From Acutalibacteraceae bacterium (GTDB taxonomy: Bacteria; Bacillota; Clostridia; Oscillospirales; Acutalibacteraceae): 57,096 nt of DNA. Each line of letters opens with the position of its first letter. Within the stretch, counting starts at the first letter, position 1. A program made the position numbers and the translations under genes. Location: assembly GCA_051881715.1 (NCBI GenBank), contig JBJEQK010000010.1, positions 1-57,096 of the forward strand, read 5' to 3'. Under the pieces are notes generated by a model. It made no database searches and was not told where the DNA came from. It saw only the letters and a program-made list of their open reading frames with translations. This document shows positions 35,652 to 43,529 of this stretch, one piece after another.

Positions 35652-35858
35652 AATTAATCTTCTCCTTTTTATTCGATGTAAACGATTCGGGATGTTTAAA
35701 TTGTATAACATTGCGGCGAAAATGTCAATATATCGAATTCTTTACGGATTCTTTATTTTTTCCTTACCGTTTTCGGGATTTTTTATGGTTGAATACAGTC
35801 ATCGGGTTTTACTTTCACGAGCCGATATGCTATACTGTATGCAAGGGAGATGATGAAG

Positions 35859-36548
35859 ATGTACAAAGTTCTCGTCTGCGACGACGACGCGGCGATTCTG
35901 GACTCCGTGGAAATTTATCTCAAAGCCGAGGGCTACAGCGTTTTGAAAGCCGGCAACGGGCTGCAGGCCTTGGAGCTGCTGAAAGAAAATGAGATCCACT
36001 GCATGGTGCTGGACATCATGATGCCGCAGATGGACGGTCTGACCGCCATGATGAAAATCCGCAACACGCACAACTTCCCCATCATTCTGCTCTCCGCCAA
36101 AAGCGAGGACACGGACAAAATTGCCGGACTATCCTTCGGCGCAGACGACTATGTCACAAAGCCGTACAATCCTCTGGAGCTGGTGGCGCGGGTGAAGTCC
36201 CAGATTCGACGGTACGTGCGGCTCGGAAGTATGCAGGAAAAGGAAAGCCTGCTGACGACCGGCGGGCTGTCTCTGGACAGAGACACCAAAATCGTCACCG
36301 TGGACGGGGAGCCGGTCAGTCTGACCGCGCGGGAATACGGCATTCTCTGCTTCCTGATGGAAAACATGGGACGTGTCCTTTCCAGCTCGCAGATTTACGA
36401 AGCCGTTTGGAACGAACCATCCTTCCGAACCGAAAAAACCGTCACAGTGCATATCCGCAATATTCGTGAAAAGATCGAAATCAATCCCAAAGACCCGAAA
36501 TACTTAAAGGTGGTGTGGGGCCTTGGCTACAAAGTCGAAAAACTTTAA
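35859..36548 (+). CDS. OmpR-family response regulator
   Basis: Receiver domain (KVLVCDDD, MVLDIMMPQMDG, SAKSE) and winged-helix output (LTAREYGILCFLMEN...YLKVVWGLGYK). ATGs at 35850 or 35853 are alternative starts. Confidence 0.9.
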   Translation: MYKVLVCDDDAAILDSVEIYLKAEGYSVLKAGNGLQALELLKENEIHCMVLDIMMPQMDGLTAMMKIRNTHNFPIILLSAKSEDTDKIAGLSFGADDYVTKPYNPLELVARVKSQIRRYVRLGSMQEKESLLTTGGLSLDRDTKIVTVDGEPVSLTAREYGILCFLMENMGRVLSSSQIYEAVWNEPSFRTEKTVTVHIRNIREKIEINPKDPKYLKVVWGLGYKVEKL

Positions 36549-39132
36549 AGGAATTTTCTTTGTTAAAACACTTTGCGTGATCCTTTCCGCACTGTGCGCA
36601 GGTGTGCTGTCTTTTTTCTTTGTCTATTTCTACGAGAACGAAAGCTATATTACCGACCGCACAAACAGCTGGAACAATCCGCTGCCGTCCTTTACGCAGT
36701 CCGGGCACATGGAGAAACTGCTGGATTCCGATCTGTACTTCGTTTCGCAGATTTTGAAAAACAGCGACATTCAGCAGAAACTCGGCGCTTTGGAAGCGCA
36801 GAAAAGTGAAGTCGTGCAAGTGAATCTGGAGCGTTATCTGGACAACAAAGCGCAGATTATTCACGACGAGCTGTACTATGTGGCAACGAACTATGACGGC
36901 ACAGGGTATGATCTCGACGAATACGCAGAATCCGGCGAGACAACGACCCTCACGACCACAGTTATAGACACGCAGGAAACGGGTGCGGAAATCAAAGAGA
37001 CCGCGACACAGCTGTTCGTGATCGACGAACACGCCCCGTACAACGCCCGCTACTGTCAAAAGCTGCTGAACACCGTGTCCGGCCGTGATTTTTTGAAGTA
37101 CGATTATCTCGTGCGTAAGGAAGCGTTCCAAGAGAAGGAATTTGTCATCAACTTTTATTCCCTTCCCGGAGACTTTTCGCTTCTTGACGGGTACGAAAAC
37201 CGCATTTATCAATACATGGATTACTCGGAAAATGAAGATGCGGCGAAGCGGAGCATTGAGAATTGCTTTGACAGCTTCCTGCAATTTATCCGGGACGAGC
37301 AGAAAAATCAGTACAGTACCGCCGTCGGCACATTGCACAGTGAGCCGTCCAATCTACGGTACCTTACCGTTGCCGAAAACGGAAAAAAATTCACCAATAT
37401 GCCTGCCGAACAGCGGAGTTCCGAAGCGATTCTGTCCCACGAGAATGCACTGATCTGCAAGGACGGAAAGATCACTGCCAAGGGAGCGTTTGATACAGAT
37501 ATGCTGCGAGGCAGTGCAGACCTTCTGTTCCCCGATGGCACCGTATACCTGTACTTGGAGGATACACTGCTGCCGGGCGATAAATACGATTCCGCCGCCG
37601 CATTCTACAACTTGTTCACGCCGTTCACGCCCTTAACGGCACTGCTGCTCTGCATTGCGGCGGTACTGCTGCTTGTGGTCTGCGCTGTATGTCTGCTGGT
37701 TTTGTGCGGGCACAAGTCCGGCACAGAGGGCATTCACCTGTGCTTTACAGACAGGGTTCCTGTTGATCTGCATTTTCTGTTCAGCGGCGGCGCCTGTATT
37801 GCCCTTGCGTGTACTTTCTACTGGATATTTATCCGCATCCTCGAAATGAACTTTTGCTGGGACGGAAACCGCTACTATTACTCCGACTCCGGCGCAAGAA
37901 TCGAAATCAAATACATCGCACTTGGTGCATTGTGCCTGATCGCCGCTGTGTTTACACTCCTTTTGCTGGAGTGGCTCACCTCCATGGTACGTCTGAAAAA
38001 AGCCCACGAATCCTGGCTGCGGCACTGCATCCTTTGGAAAATACCCGTTCTGCTTTGGAAAGGGTGCAAAAAGGTGTTCGCATGGATTCGCCGTGGATGC
38101 AGAAAGCTAAAAAAGGGCATCGTGTTTCTTTTGGGCAAGCCGCAAAAAATACGCTATACTGCCGTGGGCGTGATCCTCGCATTTCTCGGCGCACAGCTGA
38201 TCATTTTTCTGCTGTGCGTGGCCGATGACAGGTTGGAATTGGCGCTGTTCCTGTTCATACTGCTTTGGATCGGTTTCGGCGTACTATGCGTGTGGTACCT
38301 GCGCATGATCGACCGCATCATTGAGGCGTCCTGCGACCGTGCATCCCTGCCTGTCAAGGGCACGGAAACCATGCCCAAACACCTGAAAACGCTGGCAGAG
38401 AATCTGACCGTCACCAGCCATGAACTGGATGTGGCCGTTGCCGACGCCGTGCGCAACGAACGCACCAAGGCGGAGCTGATCACCAACGTTTCCCACGATC
38501 TGAAAACGCCGCTGACCTCCGTGATCTCCTACGTCGATCTGCTGAAAAAATGCGACATTACCGACGAGACCGCCATCGGTTACCTGAATATTTTGGACGA
38601 GAAGTCTGCCAAGCTGAAACGGCTGATCGAGGATCTGATCGAGGCAAGCAAGGTCAACACAGGCAACGTGAAACTGCAAATCATTCCGCTGAACCTCTCC
38701 GAACTGGCCATGCAGGCTGTCGTGGAAGCGACCCCTGACTTTGAAAAGCAGGAGCTGGACATCCGCTTTACCCAGCCGGACGTCTCCCCTGTCGTTTTCG
38801 CCGACGGCACAAAGACCTACCGTGTTTTGGAAAATCTGCTCTCCAACGCCAAAAAATATTCCGCCCGTGGTTCCAGAGTGTATGTGCGCATTGGGGACGA
38901 AGCGGAGTACGGCGTGTTCGAGATCAAGAACGTTTCCCGGGAACCCCTTGACCTGTCCCCGGACGAACTGACGGAACGTTTCGTCCGAGGCGACCGCTCC
39001 CGCAGTGAAGACGGCAACGGATTGGGGTTGTCCATCGCAAAACAACTCTGCACCCTGCAGGGCGGCAGTCTGGACATATCCATTGACGGCGATCTGTTCA
39101 AGGTCACGGTTCGTCTGCCGAAAAATAAATAA
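36523..39132 (+). CDS. sensor histidine kinase with a very large N-terminal extracytoplasmic and multi-TM sensor region
   Basis: H-box VSHDLKTPLTSVISYVDLL, N-box LENLLSNAKKYS, and G-boxes GLGLSIAKQL. About 560 aa precede the H-box. The TTG start at 36523 is uncertain; GTG at 36577 is an alternative. Confidence 0.85.
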   Translation: MATKSKNFKGIFFVKTLCVILSALCAGVLSFFFVYFYENESYITDRTNSWNNPLPSFTQSGHMEKLLDSDLYFVSQILKNSDIQQKLGALEAQKSEVVQVNLERYLDNKAQIIHDELYYVATNYDGTGYDLDEYAESGETTTLTTTVIDTQETGAEIKETATQLFVIDEHAPYNARYCQKLLNTVSGRDFLKYDYLVRKEAFQEKEFVINFYSLPGDFSLLDGYENRIYQYMDYSENEDAAKRSIENCFDSFLQFIRDEQKNQYSTAVGTLHSEPSNLRYLTVAENGKKFTNMPAEQRSSEAILSHENALICKDGKITAKGAFDTDMLRGSADLLFPDGTVYLYLEDTLLPGDKYDSAAAFYNLFTPFTPLTALLLCIAAVLLLVVCAVCLLVLCGHKSGTEGIHLCFTDRVPVDLHFLFSGGACIALACTFYWIFIRILEMNFCWDGNRYYYSDSGARIEIKYIALGALCLIAAVFTLLLLEWLTSMVRLKKAHESWLRHCILWKIPVLLWKGCKKVFAWIRRGCRKLKKGIVFLLGKPQKIRYTAVGVILAFLGAQLIIFLLCVADDRLELALFLFILLWIGFGVLCVWYLRMIDRIIEASCDRASLPVKGTETMPKHLKTLAENLTVTSHELDVAVADAVRNERTKAELITNVSHDLKTPLTSVISYVDLLKKCDITDETAIGYLNILDEKSAKLKRLIEDLIEASKVNTGNVKLQIIPLNLSELAMQAVVEATPDFEKQELDIRFTQPDVSPVVFADGTKTYRVLENLLSNAKKYSARGSRVYVRIGDEAEYGVFEIKNVSREPLDLSPDELTERFVRGDRSRSEDGNGLGLSIAKQLCTLQGGSLDISIDGDLFKVTVRLPKNK

Positions 39133-39139
39133 TGTCAAA

Positions 39140-39169
39140 AGGAGCTGCGCGCATGGCGTCAGCTCCTTT
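39140..39169 (+). terminator. proximal copy of the duplicated HK/HAD terminator hairpin (A-run kept, U-tract cut to UUU)
   Basis: AGGAGCTGCGCGCATGGCGTCAGCTCCTTT, 8 nt after the HK stop, identical to 39407-39436. Confidence 0.6.
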
Positions 39170-39406
39170 CAGCTTGTCGAAAAAGTATTTTCGGCAAGCT
39201 GGCAGACTGGAGAGAAAGGATGTCCGATGCCGTTTTCTTCGGGCGATAGGCGTACAAAGGTACTCCGAGCCCGAAAAAACGGCAAGCATACAAGCAGTGG
39301 CACGGTTCGACGCCGTGCCACTGCTTGTGTATCGTAGGGTCTGCCGATGCTTCCGACTTTTCCTACACTGTCGTGTATGCGCTCGGGCGCCTTTATCAAC
39401 AGTCTG
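39170..39406 (+). repeat. copy 3 (237 bp) of the structured terminator-associated repeat
   Basis: Starts CAGCTTGTCGAAAAAGTATTTTCGGCAAGCT and ends TATCAACAGTCTG. It is bracketed by a perfect 30-bp direct repeat. Confidence 0.8.
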
Positions 39407-39436
39407 AGGAGCTGCGCGCATGGCGTCAGCTCCTTT
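39407..39436. terminator. distal copy of the duplicated terminator hairpin (full T-run); contains the HAD stop codon
   Basis: AGGAGCTGCGCGCATGGCGTCAGCTCCTTT plus TTT. The stop codon of the minus-strand HAD gene (39426-39428) and its last 4 codons lie in the 3' arm and T-run. Confidence 0.6.
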
Positions 39437-40088
39437 TTTCAGTCAATATGTAGTTTTTAAGCGCCTGCACATCCTGTGCGAAACGGGAGGCTCCTGCTTT
39501 TTCCAAAGTGTCCTTGTCTCTGAACCCCCAGAGGACAGATACGGTATCTATGCCGGCGTTCAAGCCGGTCTGCACATCCGTCTCGGAATCGCCGACATAC
39601 AGAACCCTTTGCGGCTTTGTGTGCAACACCTCTGCGATGAAGTGCAGTCCCCTCGGGTCGGGCTTTTTGGGTACATCTTCGGTGGGGCCCGTGGCATAAT
39701 CCAGCCAGTCTCCGAAGTAATGCACACACAGCGGGCGGACTGCGTTGTCCTGCTTGTTGGAGAATACCGCCGTCCGAATCCCTGCCGCCCGTAGTGCTTG
39801 CAGCAGCTCGGAGACTCCCTTGTACGGCGCCGTTTTCACTCGGGAATGGGCAGTGTAGTATGCATCGTAGGTTTTATAAAACCGTGCAAATTCTTCTTCG
39901 TTCACACTCTCGGGCAGCGCACGTTCCAGAAGCTTCACCGCCCCGTTTCCCACAAAGCGCCGTATTTCATCCACCGTTCTTTCAGGATACCCGAACGAAC
40001 GCAGTGCATAGTTTACGCCGTCGGCAATATCCTGCAATGTATTGAGAAGCGTTCCGTCCAGATCAAAAATCACTGCTTCATATTTCAT
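39426..40088 (-). CDS. HAD-superfamily phosphatase (phosphoglycolate phosphatase-like)
   Basis: Motif I AVIFDLDGTLLNT, motif II SNK, and motif IV YVGDSETD. Confidence 0.85.
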   Translation of the reverse strand: MKYEAVIFDLDGTLLNTLQDIADGVNYALRSFGYPERTVDEIRRFVGNGAVKLLERALPESVNEEEFARFYKTYDAYYTAHSRVKTAPYKGVSELLQALRAAGIRTAVFSNKQDNAVRPLCVHYFGDWLDYATGPTEDVPKKPDPRGLHFIAEVLHTKPQRVLYVGDSETDVQTGLNAGIDTVSVLWGFRDKDTLEKAGASRFAQDVQALKNYILTEKRS

Positions 40089-40100
40089 GTGTCTGCCCTC

Positions 40101-42461
40101 TTACACCTTTTCGAGTTTTGCGTATTTTGCCATGACTTTCTTTGTGCCTGCCTTTTCAAAGGCGATCTCCAAAAGCAGGTCGTTACCCATGCTCTTGACG
40201 GAAAGGACTACGCCCTGCCCGAAGGCCTTGTGCAGGACACCGTCTCCGACAGAAAAGCGCATCTCCGATTGTAAAGCGGATTCCTTTACATTTGAGAAGC
40301 CGCGATCCACCTTGTTTTTCTGTAAAGGCTTTGACCTTTCCATCGAAACAGACACCGTACTGCGTTTGAAAGAGGAGCCGGTCTGCTCCAAAAGTGTATG
40401 GGGAATCTCCGCAATGAAGCACGAGGGCGGATTGAAATTCGTACTGCCGAACATCATACGAGATCGTGCATTGGTCATGACCAATTTTTTCTTGGCTCGG
40501 GTGATGGCAACATAGGCAAGGCGCCGTTCTTCCTCCATGTCCTGCGCATCATACTGGGACTGGGCGCCCGGGAAAACGCCGTCCTCCATGCCCACAAGAA
40601 ACACATTGTTGAATTCCAACCCTTTGGCGGCATGGATGGTCATCAAAACCACGCTGTCGGAATCCGCATTGAACGCATCAATGTCGGTCATCAGCGCGAC
40701 CTCCTCCAAAAATCCATTCAGGGACGGCTCCTGTGCTTCCGCTTCATATCTCTGCAAGTTGGCGGCAAGCTCGTTCAGGTTTGCGGCACGATCCACAAAT
40801 GTCGCAGGGTCCGCCTCCAGCGATTGCAGATAGCCGCTGTCCTCCAAAACGAACCGCAACAGCTCCGCAAGGGATGTGGTGTCCACTTTTTGCTGATAGG
40901 ATTCAATCATTTCTGTAAAGCTTTTCAGCCTTACAGAGGAGCGGGACAGGCTCGGAAAATCCTCCGCCTGTTTCAGCACTTCAAAAATACTGATGCCGAG
41001 ACCTGCGGCAATTTCTGCGGCATGATTGACAGTGGCCTCCCCGATCCCACGCTTGGGTTCATTGATAATGCGGCGCAAGCGCACATTGTCCGCAGGGTTT
41101 CCGACAACGGTCAAGTATGCGATGGCGTCCCGAATCTCCTTGCGCTCATAAAAGCGATGTCCGCCGATGATTCGGTAAGGGATGCCGGAGCGAACCAGCG
41201 CATTTTCCATGGAGTTGGACAGGGCGTTCATGCGGTAAAGCACGGCATTGTCGTTCCAGCGACCGCCCTCATGCACAAACTGTGCCATGCGGTTGGCCAC
41301 ATAGCGTGCCTCCTGGATCTCATCATCTGCCGTGTGCAGGACAATTTTGTCCCCCTGCCCGTTTGCCGTCCAGAGATTTTTGCCCTTTCGCTGGGCATTG
41401 TGGGCGATCACTGCATTGGCCGCATCGAGAATCGTCTGCGTGGAGCGGTAGTTCTGCTCCAAACGGATGGTGCGTGCGTTGGCGTACTGATCCTCAAAAT
41501 TTAGGATATTTTCGATGGTTGCACCACGGAATTTATATATACTCTGATCATCGTCTCCGACGACGCAGATATTTTGGTGTTTCGCCGCCAAAACGGAGGT
41601 CAGGCGGTACTGGGCGTAGTTGGTGTCCTGATACTCATCCACCATGATGTAGCGGAACCGATTTTGGTAGTAAGAACGAACCTCCTCGTTCTCCTCCAGC
41701 AGGCGCACCGTGTTCATGATGATATCGTCAAAATCCATGGCGTCCGCCGTTTTCAAAAGCTTTTGGTAGCATTCGTAGGCGTCGGCAATGCGGCGCAAAC
41801 GGATATCTCCCGCCGCCTCTTCGGCGTATTCCTCGGGGGTGATCATCTGATTCTTGGCATTGCTGATCTCCCGCAGGATGGTTTTTCTGGACAGAAACTT
41901 TTCGTCGATCTCCAAAATGCGCTGGCATTCCTTCATCACACGCTGGGAATCATCCGTGTCGTAGATGGTGAAATGGGAGGTATAGCCCAAAAGGGTGCCA
42001 TATCGGCGCAGAATGCGGGCGCAGGCGCTGTGAAACGTGCACGCCCAAATATCCTGAATCCCCTCCACAGTGCCCTCCAGCTTTGCCACGATACGTTCCT
42101 TGAGTTCGTTTGCCGCTTTGTTGGTGAACGTGATGGCTAAAATCTCCCACGGCTTCGCCGGGCGCACAGCTAAAAGATCCGTCAATTCCTCGGCGTAGGG
42201 TGCGCCGTCTATGTACGCCTGCATCAGCGCAATATCTGTGGACGTGGGTTCATAACGGACATATTCGGAGGATGCGGCAGAACCGAATTTTAGAAGGTTG
42301 GCGATACGGTTGACAAGCACAGTCGTCTTTCCGCTTCCCGCTCCCGCAAGAACCAAAAGCGGTCCTTCCGTAGAAAGAACCGCTTCTAATTGCTTATCAT
42401 TCATTCTGCCGAAATCTTTTTCGATAACCTGCCTGCGCAGTGTCAAAAATTCATTCTGCAT
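40101..42461 (-). CDS. pcrA: ATP-dependent DNA helicase PcrA/UvrD
   Basis: Start at MQNEFLTL...LNDKQLEAV. Walker A AGAGSGKTT, DEYQDTN, QNYRST and VTLMTIHAAKGLEF-type motifs are present. Confidence 0.9.
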   Translation of the reverse strand: MQNEFLTLRRQVIEKDFGRMNDKQLEAVLSTEGPLLVLAGAGSGKTTVLVNRIANLLKFGSAASSEYVRYEPTSTDIALMQAYIDGAPYAEELTDLLAVRPAKPWEILAITFTNKAANELKERIVAKLEGTVEGIQDIWACTFHSACARILRRYGTLLGYTSHFTIYDTDDSQRVMKECQRILEIDEKFLSRKTILREISNAKNQMITPEEYAEEAAGDIRLRRIADAYECYQKLLKTADAMDFDDIIMNTVRLLEENEEVRSYYQNRFRYIMVDEYQDTNYAQYRLTSVLAAKHQNICVVGDDDQSIYKFRGATIENILNFEDQYANARTIRLEQNYRSTQTILDAANAVIAHNAQRKGKNLWTANGQGDKIVLHTADDEIQEARYVANRMAQFVHEGGRWNDNAVLYRMNALSNSMENALVRSGIPYRIIGGHRFYERKEIRDAIAYLTVVGNPADNVRLRRIINEPKRGIGEATVNHAAEIAAGLGISIFEVLKQAEDFPSLSRSSVRLKSFTEMIESYQQKVDTTSLAELLRFVLEDSGYLQSLEADPATFVDRAANLNELAANLQRYEAEAQEPSLNGFLEEVALMTDIDAFNADSDSVVLMTIHAAKGLEFNNVFLVGMEDGVFPGAQSQYDAQDMEEERRLAYVAITRAKKKLVMTNARSRMMFGSTNFNPPSCFIAEIPHTLLEQTGSSFKRSTVSVSMERSKPLQKNKVDRGFSNVKESALQSEMRFSVGDGVLHKAFGQGVVLSVKSMGNDLLLEIAFEKAGTKKVMAKYAKLEKV

Positions 42462-42471
42462 TTGAAAATCC

Positions 42472-43434
42472 TCAGATAGAAATTTCGTAAGAAATATCAA
42501 ACAGCTCTCTGTCCAGTGTCTTGGTCTGGGACAGCGCCTCATAGATATCCATGTCGAAGATCTGCTCGTTCTTCATGCCGACGACGCGGTTGCCAATACC
42601 GTCCAGCAGAAGCTTGACCGCTCTGTTGCCCATCTGGCTGGCCACGACTCTGTCCTTGCAGGTCGGCGCACCGCCGCGCTGTACATGGCCGAGAATGACC
42701 GCTCTGGATTCGACCTGCGTCTCCGCTTCGATCTTGCGTGCCAGCTCCTCCACGCCGCCGATGCCCTCGGCGACCATGATGATGAAGTGGCGCTTGCCGG
42801 TCTTTTGGGTTCTGCGCATACGTTCGATCACGTCACGCTCGATGTCAAAATCAAATTCGGGAACCAAAATCGTCGTGGCGCCAACTGCAATACCGGCGTT
42901 GAGCGCCAGATAACCTGCTCTGCGACCCATGACCTCGATCACGCTGCAGCGGTCATGGGACTCGGTGGTGTCACGCACACGATCCACCATTTCCATGATG
43001 GTGTTCAGACAAGTGTCGTAGCCGATGGTGTAATCCGTGCAGGCGATATCGTTGTCGATGGTGCCGGGAACGCCGATACACGGAACGCCGCGCAGAGAAA
43101 GATCCCGTGCGCCGCGGAAAGAGCCGTCGCCGCCGATCACGACGATACCCTCGATATCATTATCCTTGCAGGTCCGGACGGCCTTCTGAATGCCGGCTTC
43201 CTCTTTAAACTCCAAGCAGCGGGCAGAATACAGGATGGTGCCGCCTCTGTGGATGATATCGGAAACCGAGCGGATATTCAGCTCTACCATATCCCCGTTG
43301 ATAAGACCCGTGTAGCCACGGCGAATGCCGACGACCTCCATACCGTTTTCACACGCTGTGCGGACAACGGCACGCACAGCCGCATTCATGCCGGGCGCAT
43401 CGCCGCCGCTTGTTAAAACACCGATTTTCTTCAT
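42472..43434 (-). CDS. pfkA: ATP-dependent 6-phosphofructokinase
   Basis: MKKIGVLTSGGDAPGMNAAVRAVVR, GGDGS, PGTIDND and MGR motifs. Confidence 0.92.
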   Translation of the reverse strand: MKKIGVLTSGGDAPGMNAAVRAVVRTACENGMEVVGIRRGYTGLINGDMVELNIRSVSDIIHRGGTILYSARCLEFKEEAGIQKAVRTCKDNDIEGIVVIGGDGSFRGARDLSLRGVPCIGVPGTIDNDIACTDYTIGYDTCLNTIMEMVDRVRDTTESHDRCSVIEVMGRRAGYLALNAGIAVGATTILVPEFDFDIERDVIERMRRTQKTGKRHFIIMVAEGIGGVEELARKIEAETQVESRAVILGHVQRGGAPTCKDRVVASQMGNRAVKLLLDGIGNRVVGMKNEQIFDMDIYEALSQTKTLDRELFDISYEISI

Positions 43435-43529
43435 TTTCGGTTCCTCCTTGTAATGCTAATCAGCTAATTCTACAACAAATCCGCCGCAATGTCAAACAAA
43501 AAAATACTTTTTTAGACAGTTTTTTAAAT

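Noticed and set aside
39132-39407. ORFs that cover the repeat element copies: 39132-39407 (+), 34388-34744 (+), 25454-25741 (-), 25449-26072 (-) and others. They give similar peptides, such as ...RCRFLRAIGVQ.YSEPEK.ASI...
   Set aside because: The similarity only reflects nucleotide repetition. Indels between copies shift the frame (for example after ...CFRLF), no copy has an RBS and start in a conserved position, and the substitutions preserve base pairing rather than codons. The region is non-coding.
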